Positions 49,112 to 61,285 are shown, numbered from the stretch's first letter. The stretch is DNA of 64,000 bases from Leucoraja erinacea (GCF_028641065.1 NC_073383.1:33790001-33854000), one strand, 5' to 3'. Made by a program: numbers and translations. Notes: generated from the letters alone by a model not told the origin.

Positions 49112-49817
49112 CAGGGGCTGAAATCGCTATCAAAACATGGGACACACACAATTTCTTGCGCACACGCGCCCGCGAGGCTTTGGCTGTGGGCCCTGTGAAC
49201 GGTAACATCGGGAGCTGACCTGGTTGGTGACCGACTCCGAACTCCAGCAACAGCAACCTCGTGCACTCCAAATCGTGGGGCTTGAATCGGCCTGTTCGTG
49301 GGGCCTTTCATCGCCCGGCGCTGCTTAAAATCGGCCGGCAGGGGCTTCAACATCTGGAGCCTCGATCTCCTCGACGTAGCAATTTGACCGCGGGGCGGCG
49401 GAAGATCCGGTGGCCGATTTTAATCCGCGCCGGGTGATGAAAGACCCCACGAACGGGCCGATTCAAGCTCCGCTCTATGATCTTTGGACGTCTCCCTCCT
49501 CCAATCACCACGCTCTATCCTCAGTCCCACCTCCCTTCATCCACCTCTGACCGACACCTCCCTCCTCCAATCATCGCGCTGAATCATCATGTCTCGCCCC
49601 ACCCCCCACTGCCTGCTGACCGACGTCTCTCTCGTCCAATCGACGCCTTCGATCATCAGTCCCAGCCCCACTGTCTCGCAGAAAGCAGGGATTTTTTAAT
49701 AGATTTTTTTTTCACCGAATTTCAAAATCCAGATTACAAAACATGGGGGGGGATCGTCCCCCACCTCTCAAAACATGGAGGGGACATGTTCCCCCCCCCC
49801 CGGGATTTCCGCCCATG
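49112..49817. mobile_element. Non-autonomous hAT DNA transposon, 706 bp
   Basis: 8-bp TSD ggtgggac at 49104 and 49818; TIRs CAGGGGCTGAAATC / GATTTCCGCCCATG (12/14). Confidence 0.85.
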
Positions 49818-50298
49818 GGTGGGACTAGTGTAGCTGAGACCGTATGGGCAAATTGGATCAAAGGACCTGTAACCACACTGTATCACTCAATGAGTCTAAA
49901 AAAAATAGAAGTTACAGATAATGTTAACGATTGAAACGACAGTAGAAAGATGTATCAATTGGGGAAATTATCCAAATAAACTCTTGTAGGTTTCTCAGTA
50001 GAATGATCAACTACCATCTGGATGCTGAAGGGGTGAAATTAAGATGTGTAAAAACACACAAAAAAAACTGAGTAAGAATGATAATAATCTGGAAATTCTA
50101 ACTGCAGCATAAAAAAGTTCTGAGGTTAAATACAGCTTTGAATTCAGTCAAGTACTCATCATTAATCCTTTACAAATGAATTGAAATACATTAACAATTT
50201 GATAAAGAGAAAATGTATTTAAATACCACATTCAACAAAGTTGACACAGAGTTTAAAAAAAATTCAATTCTCCAGACTCATTTGTACTTTTAAGAACA

Positions 50299-50619
50299 AG
50301 CTATAGGGAGAGGTTGAATAGGCTGGGACTCTATTCCTTGAAGCACAGGAGGATGAGGGGTGATCTTATAGAGGTATACAAGGTCATGGGAGGAATAGAG
50401 AGGGTAGATGCATAGAGTCTTGCCCAGAGTAGGTAAATCGAGGACCAGAGGACATAGGTTTACGGTGAAGGTGAAAATATCTTATAGGAATCTGAGGGGT
50501 AACTTTTTCCCACAAAGGGTGGTGGGCGTATGGAACAAGCTGTCAGAGGAGGTAGTTGAGGCAGGATCCCAACATTTAAGAAACAGTTAGACATGTACAT
50601 TGAAAAAGGGAAGTGCAAC
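50299..50619 (+). repeat. Near-identical local copy of 47461-47781
   Basis: Direct comparison shows only scattered substitutions. Confidence 0.85.
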
Positions 50620-50661
50620 TCATGTGATTCTGCACAACCTTTCCCCAACTGACAATCTTAC

Positions 50662-50827
50662 CCTCAGCCTTGTGGAGCTCCAGTGCCAGTTCATTCTTCG
50701 CCTCAGATTCAGAGTTCAGGTGTTCTATTAATTTCTGGTGTTGTTTGCCAATTAGCTCCACATTCTCTAGGTTTTGAGCTATGAACCCTTGCTCCACGTG
50801 TTTATGGGTTCCATGATTTTGTATCAA
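50662..50827 (-). CDS. PCNT: PCNT exon (LIQNHG...AKNELALELHKAE), 166 nt, phase 0/1
   Basis: Acceptor tttttgcccag; donor GAGG|gtaaga; ELALELHK motif. Confidence 0.88.
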
Positions 50828-51061
50828 CTGGGCAAAAACAGACATATCACAATAAATCAAGACAAGTTCTAAACCTTAAAGCTTACTATAACTATTGAAA
50901 GGTGATATCTGGTGCAGCTTTTGACATTGATATCATACAGTAATAGTCAGACAGCATGGAAAACATGCCTTTCAGCCCATCTTGCCCATGCCGACGGGAT
51001 GCCCCAACTACACTACTCCGACCTGCCCACCTTTGGCCCATATTCCTCTACACTTTTCCTA

Positions 51062-51887
51062 TTGATGCACAATGCCAAATGTCTTTTAAATGTGAGGTTA
51101 TCCACTTTGGTAGCAAAAACAGGAAGGCAGATTACTATCTAAATGGCATCAAGTTGGGAAAAGGGGAAGTACTACGGGATCTGGAAGTCCTTGTACATCA
51201 GTCTATGAAAGTAAGCATGCAGGTAAGCATGCATGCAAGAAAGCAAATGGCGTGTTGGCCTTTATAACAAGAGGAAACGAATATAGGAGCAAAGAGGTCC
51301 TTCTGCAGTTGTACAGAGCCCTAGTGAGACCACACCTGGAGTATTGTGTACAGTTTTGGTCCCCAAATTTGAAGAAGGACATTCTTGCTATTAAGGGAGT
51401 GCAGCGTAGGTTTACAAGGTTAATTCCCGGGATGGCGGGACTGTCATATGCTGAGAGAATGGAGCAGTTGGGCTTGTACACTCTGGAGTTTAGAAGGATG
51501 AGAGGATATCTCATTGAAACATATAAGATTGTTAAGGGCTTGGACAGGCTAGAGGCAGGAAACATGTCCCCGATGTTGGGGGAGTCCAGAACCAGGGGCC
51601 ACAGTTTAAGAATAAGGAGTAAGCCATTTAGAACGGAGACGAGGAAACACTTTTTCTCACAGAAAGTGGTGAGCCTGTGGAATTCTCTGCCTCAGAGGGC
51701 AGTGGAGGCAGGTTCTCTGGATGCTTTCAAGAGAGAGCTAGATAGAGCTCTTAAAAATTGCAGAGTCAGGGGATATGGGGAGAAGGCAGGAACGGGTTAC
51801 TGATTGGGGATGATCAGCCATGATCACATTGAATGGCGGTGCTGGCTCGAAGGACCAAATGGCCTACTCCTGCACCTATTGTCTATA
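51062..51887 (+). mobile_element. CR1 3' fragment
   Basis: ORF 51252..51803 LVRPHLEYCVQFWSP; 3' UTR. Confidence 0.9.
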
Positions 51888-51889
51888 AA

Positions 51890-52380
51890 CTATGCTGGTA
51901 ATCTTGCTGAGGCAGCGTGAGGTGTAGATGGAGTCAATGGAAGGAAGGTTGTTTTTTGAGTGATGGCCTGAGCTACGTCCGCAACTCTCTGCACTTTCTT
52001 GTTGTCTTGTATGTGGTCATCCCAAACCAGGCTGCGATGTATCCGATGAAATGCTTTCTACGTCATATCTGTAGAAGTTGTTGAGGGCCCACTACAGCGG
52101 TGTCATTTGCGAACCTGTAGATTGAGGGATTGGTTTTTGGCTGCACAGTCATGCGTTTTTAAGGAGAATGGTAGGGTGCTGAGAACACATCCTTGCAGGG
52201 CACCAGTGTTGAGAACTACCGTAGATGATGATTTGTCACCTATTCTCACTGATTGTGGTCTGTTGGTCAGGAAGTCGAAGATCCAGTTGCAGAGCGGAGT
52301 GCTGATTCCACGTTCCGTGAGTTTGGATATCAGCTTGGTTAGGAAAACAGAGCTATGATCAATGAATGATATCAGGCATC
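51890..52380 (-). mobile_element. Rex1/Babar fragment
   Basis: [19 protein letters not shown]...GALQGCVLS. Confidence 0.8.
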
Positions 52381-52429
52381 CCAAATTAGTTCCCCAGGCA
52401 ACTGCAGGGAATGCAACACTTATCCGTTC

Positions 52430-52760
52430 ACCTCCTCCTTTTCCAACCAGTCCTTCCAGTTGAAATAGTAATTCACCTGCACTTCTTCAAATCAAGTGCA
52501 CTACATTCCTTCCATTGACTCCATCTACACCTCACGCTGCCTATGTGACGACCCCCTCTGCATCAGAGAAACTGAACACAGCTTTGCAAAACACCCACAT
52601 TTAGCCTGCAGTAGTGTCCTCCTGTTCCCCATGACCATAATTCATCAACCCACTCACACTGACCGGAATGTCTGATGCCTCCTAAACTAGAAACCATAGG
52701 AATGGCCATTGCAATTGCTAAAAACATCCTTGTTCATGGAATTGCTACAACCCAGTACCA
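52430..52760 (+). mobile_element. Decayed Penelope GIY-YIG endonuclease fragment
   Basis: [12 protein letters not shown] and LCIRET...FAKH remnants. Confidence 0.5.
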
Positions 52761-53089
52761 AAGCACTCCAAGTAGAAAGAGAAGACGTTGAAAGAGAAAG
52801 AACAATGAAAAGTCTGTCTCTCACCAACTTGTGACTTCACTAAAAAAAATCATAACAATAAGGTATCCTTCTGCATAAGTTCAAACAAATTGAAGATATC
52901 TGCCAAATATAAACTGTTCATCAGAACATACCTGAAGGAATTCCAATAACCCAACAGAGCAGGGATGATTCAGTCACAGAATATATCCAAAATAGTTCCA
53001 TAGATTATTTTGATATTAAATGAATCAAGGGACGATGAGCTATTAAATAAGAGTGGGACCAAAGTAAAAGATCAATTACGAAAACTCAC

Positions 53090-53313
53090 CTGTCTTGTGG
53101 ATATTGTAACCAAATCGAGCAATTTTTCCACAGCAGCCTGCAAACGTCCACACGTGCTGAGAATTAGCTCCTCATTTTCAGGTTCACCATCAGGCCCAAC
53201 GAACATACTCTCTGACAACCACTGGGAAAGCTCTAATCGCCCATCTGTCAATGCTGACCACACGCTGTTATCCTCGGTGATAGTAGCACTTTCTTGACTT
53301 GTGTTCAAATCAC
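53090..53313 (-). CDS. PCNT: PCNT exon (DLNTSQES...ENEELILSTCGRLQAAVEKLLDLVTISTRQ), 224 nt, phase 1/0
   Basis: Acceptor tctttag; donor CAG|gtgagt; RLQAAVEKLL motif of the PCNT/AKAP9 family. Confidence 0.88.
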
Positions 53314-53329
53314 CTAAAGAGAACATAAT

Positions 53330-53952
53330 GATTGAAAAGGAAAATACAGCTGTTTGTTCATCAAGAACTGAATACCGAAATGATTATATTTGGAGTAAGG
53401 GGTGACGGGAATAAATTAAATAAACCCCAAAATTCATTCTTTAATTATGGGTTAATAATAGCAAAAAAACTTATACTTAAATTCTGGAAAAATGCTATTA
53501 CACCAACAGTTAAAATGTGGATTAGTAATATGTTGGACACAGCATTTGGAAGGAATGAGACTCCTCCTAATAGACAAACAACACCAATTCTTAATGAGTT
53601 GGTCTCGATTTATTGATTTCTTGGAGTCATGTGGTGCAACAGTATCGTAAAAATTAAAAGTTTCAGGTATGTGTGAAAGACGACATAAAATATTAAAAAA
53701 TCATCTCCTTGTGGCGATTGGATAAACTCCCTCCTGCTTCTTACTCACGCACACTACTCTATCCTTCACTCTTTAACACCTCTTTCTTTTTCTCTTCTTA
53801 CTTTTCTTGTTAAAAAAAAAAGGAAGTTGTACAGAGAATGTAATATGTTAACATAATTTTGGGAACCTGGAAAAAGGTACCACTGTATTGTACTGACTTC
53901 TAATAAATTAAATAAAAAAATAAAAAAATAAAATAAAAAAAACAAAAAAAAA
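53330..53952 (+). mobile_element. L1-clade 3' fragment with a poly-A tail
   Basis: IIAKKLILKFWKNAITPTVKMWI; A-rich tail at 53903-53952. Confidence 0.82.
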
Positions 53953-55097
53953 GTATACAAACTTAAAGCACACGGTATTGGGGTTCAGTATTGATGTGGA
54001 TAGAGAACTGGCTGGCAGACAGGAAGCAAAGAGTAGGAGTAAACTGGTCCTTTTCACAATGGCAGGCAGTGAATAGTGGGGTACCGCAAGGCTCAGTGCT
54101 GGGACCCCAGCTATTTACGATATATATTAATGATTTGGACGAGGGAATTGAATGCAACATCTCCAAGTTTGCGGATGACACAAAGCTGGGGGGCAGTGTT
54201 AGCTGTGAGGAGGATGCTAGGAGGCTGCAAGGTGACGTGGATAGGCTGGGTGAGTGGGCAAATGTATGGCAGATGCAGTATAATGTGGATAAATGTGAGG
54301 TTATCCACTTTGGTGGCAAAAACAGGAAAGTAGATTATTATCTGAACGGTGGCCGATTAGGAAAGGGGGAGATGCTACGAGACCTGGGTGTCATGGTACA
54401 CCAGTCATTAAAAGTAGGCATGCAGGTGCAGCAGGCAGTGAAGAAGGCGAATGGTATGTTAGCATTCATAGCAAAAGGATTTGAGTATAGGAGCAGGGAG
54501 GTTGTACTGCAGTTGTACAGGGTCTTGGTTGGACCACACCTGGAGTATTGCGTACAGTTTTGGTCTCCTAATCTGAGGAAAGACATTCTTGCCATAGAGG
54601 GAGTACAGAGAAGGTTCACCAGACTGATTCCTGGGATGTCAGGACTTTCATATGAAGAAAGACTGGATAGACTCGGTTTGTACTCGCTAGAATTTAGAAG
54701 ATTGAGGGGGGATCTTATAGAAACTTACTAAATTCTTAAGGGGTTGGACAGGCTAGATGCAGGAAGATTGTTCCCGATGTTGAGGAAGTCCAGAACAAGG
54801 GGTCACAGTTTAAGGATAAGGGGGAAATCTTTTAGGACCGAGATGAGGAAAACTTTTTTCACACAGAGAGTGGTGAATCTCTGGAATTCTCTGCCGCAGA
54901 AGGTAGTTGAGGCCAGTTCATTGGCTATATTTAAGAGGGTGTTAGATGTGGCCCGTGTGGCTAAAGGGATCAGGGGGTATGGAGAGAAGGCAGGTACAGG
55001 ATACTGAGTTGGATGATCAGCCATGATCATATTGAATGGTGGTGCAGGCTCGAAGGACCGAATGGCCTACTCCTGCACCTATTTTCTATGTTTCTAT
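53953..55097 (+). mobile_element. Young 5'-truncated CR1 (RT domain to 3' end)
   Basis: SGVPQGSVLGPQLF and FADDTK; tttctatgtttctat tail. Confidence 0.92.
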
Positions 55098-55149
55098 CCT
55101 CTGTGCTTCTACTCAAATTACAACACTGCCTTGATCATCAAAGCTCATA

Positions 55150-55540
55150 GGTTACACATCCTCCCTGTAATGGGGCGACTAGAACTGCACACAATATTCC
55201 AAATGCTGCTGCACCATGACTTCCTGACTTATACTCATTGCCCCGATCTATGAAAGCAAGCAGACCGTATGGCTCCTTTTCTATTCTTATCTACTTGTGT
55301 TGCCACTTTCAGTGCGATGTGAATTTGTTCCTCAAGATCCCCCTGCTCATCAATGCTATTTTGGGTCATGCGATTAATTGTATATTTTCCCTTTACATTT
55401 GATATCCCAAAGAGCAACACCTCACACTCGCTCCGATTAAACTTGATCTGCCATTTCTCCACCCATTTCTGTAGCTGATCTACAGTATATCTTGCTGTAT
55501 ACGTCACAGTCCGCAACGCAAGGAATCTTGGCGTTAGTTT
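55150..55540 (-). mobile_element. CR1 fragment
   Basis: LQKWVEKWQIKFN. Confidence 0.65.
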
Positions 55541-55763
55541 TTTTAGGTGCATTTATAGCAGTTGGCAAGAGTCATTGAGACACCCTGAATTTCCATAGTC
55601 GTTTGAGTAATTGGAGGGCTGGTGTGCTTTCATGGCCAACACAATTTGGACTAGACAAATTGTTAGTCCGTAGAAAATGGGCTAACTCAGATATACTCAA
55701 ATCTTCTTAATGATAAATTTGAAAGAATCCATAATATATTTTAAATAATGCTGGAATCCCCAA

Positions 55764-55995
55764 GAGTCGTACAGTGATGCAGAGTGGTAGAGCTACTGCC
55801 TCTGAGCTCCAATGACCTAAATTCAATCCTGACTGCTGATGCTGTCAGTTTGTGGTGTTTGAACATTCTCTTTGTGGACATACGACTTTCCTCCCACATT
55901 CGAAAAAGGGACGGTAAATTTTCCCGAGTATATATGCGAATAGTAGAATTTGGGAAGAATTGTTGGGATTGTGGGGAGGATAAAGAGAGATTAGT
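55764..55995 (+). mobile_element. Decayed V-SINE
   Basis: tRNA-like head and V-domain remnants. Confidence 0.55.
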
Positions 55996-56078
55996 ACAAG
56001 ATTTGTGTAAGTGCTTAATAGGAGGAGCATACTTAATGTCAAAGGTGCTGTTTCTGGATTCCAAAGCAAAAAGCATAC

Positions 56079-56299
56079 CTTTATCATTTTCCAGCAAGGC
56101 TTTGGTTTTCATCGATGGAGGTCGGCCACTAGTTCCCACCAGGCTCTGATTATTTCCATGATCCAGTGTATTCCCTGGCTCCTCTCCCTTGAAGCACTGT
56201 TCAATTTGCTTACTAATCATGTCTTCTGAGGAAAACACCACCCGCACCACCTCTGAAAACAGCTTTAACATCCGCTCATGGGAATGCTCCAAATTTTTC
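56079..56299 (-). CDS. PCNT: PCNT exon (KNLEHSHERMLKLF...LLENDK), 221 nt, phase 2/1
   Basis: Acceptor ccatttag; donor AAG|gtatgc; phases fit both neighbours. Confidence 0.82.
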
Positions 56300-57719
56300 C
56301 TAAATGGCAATAAAATACTAATTTTTACCCAGGTTATAACTTCTATTATAACTTCCAGTGTACATTTATAACTTTACCGTGTACATTTGCCCAAAGGCTA
56401 CATAACAGCGGAGACCAATCTTTTCAGTCAATGGAGACATCTCCTAACATTGCAAGAAAAGATTCTCATGGCATGTTTAATCAAATAAAGTAAATATAGC
56501 CTGCAGTTTAAGATCAGTTAATCGGGCATCTTCCTATTCTGAAGCAAATCAATGGACAAACTCATAAGTCTAAAGAGATTAAAAAAAAATCACAGGGGAG
56601 TGTTAATGATTCAAATGGTGAAACATATTTTAATTTCGTAGCAAGCCATCTTGGGGGCATTGTTTTTGCAATGACATGCAATGACATAAAAAGTTAACGT
56701 ATTATGCTTTGACCAAATAGCAGAAGACTACAGGACAAACGAGGCAGCAAGACTAAACAGCCAGGGTTGGAAAGATTGAGACTAGGTAGTATCAGTGTTA
56801 ACTTTTCACTAGAAAAGGTTTTGAAATAAATATGTTAAGTTACTGAAAAGGGGAACATGAGGAAAGACAAAATAGGATGGTCTTTCTCTCTCACCCATAT
56901 ATATTTGTGAATCAGGGAATCATATTAATAATGTGGTTTCATTCAATCCATCTGTTTATTATTATCATCACATTATCATGAATGTTGGTGAAGTGGCCGA
57001 CTTACTGAAGGAACAATCTAGCACCAATATGCACCAATAATGTGGAAGGACAAATTCAAATGCTTCTACAACAGCTGTGGAATTGTTAATTAAGTTAAAA
57101 AATTAAAAAGTAAAAGCTCATCTCAGTCATGGTGGCCATGAAACAAATATGATGTGATGATAATAATAAACATATGGATGGAATGAAACCACATTATTAA
57201 TACAGACTATCATTAAAAGAAATCATCTGGTTCACTAATGCCCATCAAGAAAGAGAATTCACTGGTGGTATCAGGCCTGTCAAAGATACAATTCCAAACT
57301 GACAGCAATGCAGTTGATTATTCACTGCCTTCTGAAATTATGTCATTCAGTGAGATTAAATCAGTCTCTGATCTTGTCACAAACACAAACAAATCCTACT
57401 GCATAAATGGTGGAGCTGTGAGTACTTAAGACATTAACAATTTGCTATCTTAAAATACCTTATATTTCTTGGAATAAGAAATACATTGCTGATATTTAAA
57501 TGACCACAGGAAAACTGACCAGTGCAAGAATAGGAATGTGGAAGCTTAAGATCAATATCAACTCTCAGGAATCCTTTGGGGGAAACAAATATGATGATGC
57601 ATAAAGTGTAGGAGTATTAATTCAACAAATGCTTGAATGATCTATGCTAAAGTTACTGTCATGTTAAGAGCAGTTGCCCTCTGCAAAGATTTGAAGCTTT
57701 AATTATCTCCATCAATTAC

Positions 57720-57850
57720 CGTTCAGTAGTCATTCGCTCAAGGTCAGAGCGCAGCATTGCCACCAGATTACCTCCTTCTTCATTTTCACGATCACGGCGC
57801 TGCAACAAAGTATCCTGCTCAGACCGCTTGTCCTGGATTTCTCTCTGCAG
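57720..57850 (-). CDS. PCNT: PCNT exon (LQREIQDK...RRDRENEEGGNLVAMLRSDLERMTTER), 131 nt, phase 0/2
   Basis: Acceptor tttactcag; donor CG|gtaatt; resembles PCNT RRERENREGANLLSML; not in the ORF track. Confidence 0.82.
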
Positions 57851-57902
57851 CTGAGTAAAGGACAATAAATAAAAGCTAAAGAATCCAGCCACTCAGGTTT
57901 CA

Positions 57903-58432
57903 TTTAGTTTAGTTTCGTTTAATTTAGAGATAAAGTGTGGAATCAGGCCCTTCGGCCCACCAAGTTCATGCCGATCAACAATTACCCATACACTAGTTTT
58001 ATACTACACACTGGGGACAATTTACAGAAGCCAATTAACCTACAAACCTGCATGTCTTTGGAATGTATGACGGGCATTTGATGTCTCTAGGCTTGTACTC
58101 AGACGAGTTTAGAAGGATGAGGGGAATCTCATTGAAACTTACTGAATAATCAAAAGCCTAGTTAGATTGGATGCAGAGAGTTTAGGGCCATAGGGCACAG
58201 CCTCACAATAAAGGATGTTTCTTAAGAAAGGAGGAGGAATTTCTTCAATCAGAGGGTGGTGAATCTGTGGAATTCATTACCTCAGACGGCTGTGGAAGCC
58301 AAGTCTTTGGGTATTTTTAAAGCGAGATTCACAGGTTTTACAGGGATAAACCAGAAAGCAGTTGAGAAGGCTAGATCGCTCAGCCATGATTGAATGGCAG
58401 AGCAGACTCAAAGGGCCAAATGGCCTAATTCA
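57903..58432. mobile_element. Antisense SINE tail (57903-58068) plus a CR1 3' fragment (+)
   Basis: Similarity to other copies in the window. Confidence 0.65.
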
Positions 58433-58797
58433 ATAAAGTGGAGAGGGATGTCAGAAATTATTCAAGTGAACTCAAGGACAAAGTGGAAGTTAGTGGTAAA
58501 TTTGATTAAATTGACAGCTTCCACACAGATGCAGGAGGCAGTCATCAATGTAGCAGAAAAAGAGATGGGGGGTGGTGCCAGAGTAGGAATCCTCCATGTT
58601 GGCAACAAAGAGCCAGAGGGAGCTGGGCCCCATGGGAGTGTCCATGACGACCCATATTATCCCTCAATCACCATTAGTATTTGCAGCTGTATTAGTATTT
58701 CCGTGCACAAATTGAACACTGGACATCATTAAAGGATAAAAATTAAGCAGTTTCTTGAAAAAAAACTACATTGACAAAGGATTTTCAAAGATTCAAC

Positions 58798-58944
58798 CTG
58801 TTTGGTTAGCTCCATCTGCTGTTGAAGCTTTGCAGACAATTGTTTCTTCTCATCTTGGTGTGTTTGTTTTGTTTTGTCCTGCTCCTGAGAGAAGACTTCT
58901 TTCAGTTCCTGGAGTGCATAGCTCTTTTCAGCTTCAAACTCCTC
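58798..58944 (-). CDS. PCNT: PCNT exon (EEFEAEK...MELTKQ), 147 nt, phase 0/0
   Basis: Acceptor ctttctgtgcag; donor CAG|gttgaa (weak); coiled-coil peptide. Confidence 0.7.
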
Positions 58945-59021
58945 CTGCACAGAAAGTAATAATAAAACATTCCATAATTGTAAGAGAAATGACTCTGATG
59001 TTAAAGACATATGATCGGTGG

Positions 59022-59086
59022 ATAATATTATTATTATTATTTTATATATTATGGATTATATTATTATTATTATTATTATTATATTA
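59022..59086. repeat. (TTA)n microsatellite
   Basis: Imperfect tta repeats. Confidence 0.85.
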
Positions 59087-59382
59087 GACTGGATTTGTAA
59101 TAACTGAACAATATACTGCTGGCACTGATCTCAAATCCAACTCATTTTTGAGAAACATAACCAATTTCACATTTTATTAAAATATGTATCAGGGCACTTG
59201 ATCCGACCTGATCACTAGTCTTTAGGATCAAACAATTATCATCATATTACCAAAGCACAATACAAAACTGATACTTATCCTCCCTGACCCCTCTGCCTAC
59301 TTCATATCATAGGCTTCCAAATGTGTTTTCTCTAAACACAACATGCAGATGATGGATGATATAAGTAGACTTGACTCTTAAA

Positions 59383-60610
59383 CTAGTAGAGTGGATAGGG
59401 GAGAACCAGTGATGTGTTATATCTGGACTTTCAGAAGGCTTTCGACCAGGTCCCACGTAAGAGATTAGTATACAAACTTAAAGCACACGGTATTGGGGGT
59501 TCAGTATTGATGTGGATAGAGAACTGGCTGGTAGACAGGAAGCAAAGAGTAGGAGTAAACGGGTTCTTTTCACAATGGTAGGCAGTGACTAGTGGGGTAC
59601 CGCAAGGCTCAGTGCTGGGACCCCAGCTATTTACGATATATATTAATGATTTGGATGAGGGAATTGAATGCAACATCTCCAAATTTGCAGATGACACAAA
59701 GCTGGGAGGCAGTGTTAGCTGTGTGGAGGATGCTAGGAGGCTGCAAGGTGACTTGGATAGGCTGGGTGAGTGGGCAAATGTATGGCAGATGCAGTATAAT
59801 GTGGATAAATGTGAGGTTATCCACTTTGGTGGCAAAAACAGGAAAGTAGACTATTATTTGAATGGTGGCCGATTAGGAAAGGGGGAGATGCAGCAAGACC
59901 TGGGTGTCATGGTACACCAGTCATTAAACGTAGGCATGCAGGTGCAGCAGGCAGTGAAGAAGGCGAATGGTATGTTAGCATTCATAGCAAAAGGATTTGA
60001 GTATAGGAGCAGGGAGGTTCTACTGCAGTTGTACAGGGTCTTGGTGAGACCACACCTGGAGTATTGCGTACAGTTTTGGTCTCCTAATCTGAGGAAGGAC
60101 ATTCTTGCCATAGAGGGAGTACAGAGAAGATTCACCAGACTGATTCCTGGGATGTCAGGACTTTCATATGAAGAAAGACTGGATAGACTCGGCTTGTACT
60201 CGCTAGAATTTAGAAGATTGAGGGGGGGATCTTATAGAAACTTACTAAATTCTTAGGGGTTGGACAGGCTAGATGCAGGAAGATTGTTCCCGATCTTGGG
60301 GAAGTCCAGAACAAGGGGTCACAGTCTAAGGATAAGGGGGAAATCTTTTAGGACCGAGATGAGGAAAACATTTTTCACACAGAGAGTGGTGAATCTCTGG
60401 AATTCTCTGCCACAGAAGGTAGTTGAGGCCAGTTCATTGGCTATATTTGAGGGAGTTAGATGTGGCCCTTGTGGCTAAAGGGATCAGGCGGTATGGAGAG
60501 AAGGCAGGTACAGGATACCGAGTTGGATGATCAGCCATGATCATATTGAATGACGGTGCAGGCTCGAAGGGCCGAATGGCCTACTCCTGCACCTATTTTC
60601 TATGTTTCTA
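59383..60610 (+). mobile_element. Young 5'-truncated CR1, nearly identical to 53953-55097
   Basis: ORF 59585..60256 with RT motifs; same tail. Confidence 0.92.
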
Positions 60611-60714
60611 AACAGGGTAGATAATTGTACATTGTGTACAGAATATCTTTGGTGGGTGGGGTGGGGGGGTAAAGAGACATGAAGCCAGTGTAAGTTCAGC
60701 CAGGGTTCAGGAGT

Positions 60715-61285
60715 AGGGTGTTATATAACGCTTGTTGGGAGTTGTATGCAGACCACCAAACAGCAGTAAGAAGGTTGGGGATAGCATCAAGCAGGAAATT
60801 AGGGATGCGTGTAGCAAATGTACAGCGGTTATCATGGGTGACTTTAATCTACATATAGATTGAGCCAACTAAATTGGTAACAGTGTTGAGGAGGATTTCC
60901 TGAGATATAGATGGGATGGGTTTTTAAACCAATGTGTAGAGGAACCGGCTAGAAGCCAGGCCATCCTAGACTGGGTATGGTGTAATGAGGAAGGATTAGT
61001 TAGCGATCTTGTTGTGCAAGGCCCCTTTGGTCTTGAACTTGAATAAAGGAGACTTTGAAGGTATTTAAGAATAAGGAGTAAGCCATTTAGAACGGAGACA
61101 AGGAAACACTTTTTCTCACAGAGAGTGGTGAGTCTGTGGAATTCCCTGCCTCAGAGGGCGGTGGAGGCAGGTTCTCTGGATGCTTTCAAGAGAGAGCTAG
61201 ATAGGGCTCTTAAAGATAGTGGAGTCAGGGGATATGGGGAGAAGGCAGGAACGGGGTACTGATTGGGGATGATCAACCATGATCC
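60715..61285 (+). mobile_element. Internally deleted or fused CR1 (APE piece joined to a 3' end)
   Basis: VVCRPPNS and IMGDFN remnants, then the RTETRKHFFSQ 3' region. Confidence 0.7.

Larger units (their letters stand above)
47205..49898 (+). mobile_element. CR1 3' fragment hosting a second CR1 (~47764-49057), an L1 piece and a hAT element
   Basis: tacatgga repeated at 47758 and ~49058 around the inner CR1; host tail resumes at 49818. Confidence 0.8.
590..58944 (-). other. PCNT: Internal portion (21 coding exons) of the pericentrin gene; both ends extend beyond the window
   Basis: The exons below splice into one open frame with GT-AG junctions (one GC-AG). Peptides DRSSLLSEVQDLRSQLRVAHLQHQEKLQ, QFMDEQAAEREHERDEFQQEI and EVIEKLQQELSLLGPNCHEVSDSQ closely match vertebrate pericentrin as I recall it; AKAP9 is the more distant paralogue. 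Confidence 0.88.

Noticed and set aside
49432-49455. Hammerhead-like GTGATGA...GAA
   Set aside because: It lacks the C of CUGA and a stem II, and is explained as one arm of an inverted repeat.
57766-57775. Donor GAG|gtaatc at 57771
   Set aside because: Homology continues (GNLVAMLRSD), and only the 57719 donor gives the phase required by the next exon.
590-58944. Calling the gene AKAP9
   Set aside because: The C-terminal exons (DRSSLLSEVQ...LRRQVELL) and EQAAEREHER fit pericentrin better by recall; not formally tested.
53963-60135. Recurrent antisense ORFs (MPPKWITSHLS...)
   Set aside because: They are reverse frames of CR1 RT copies, not a gene family.
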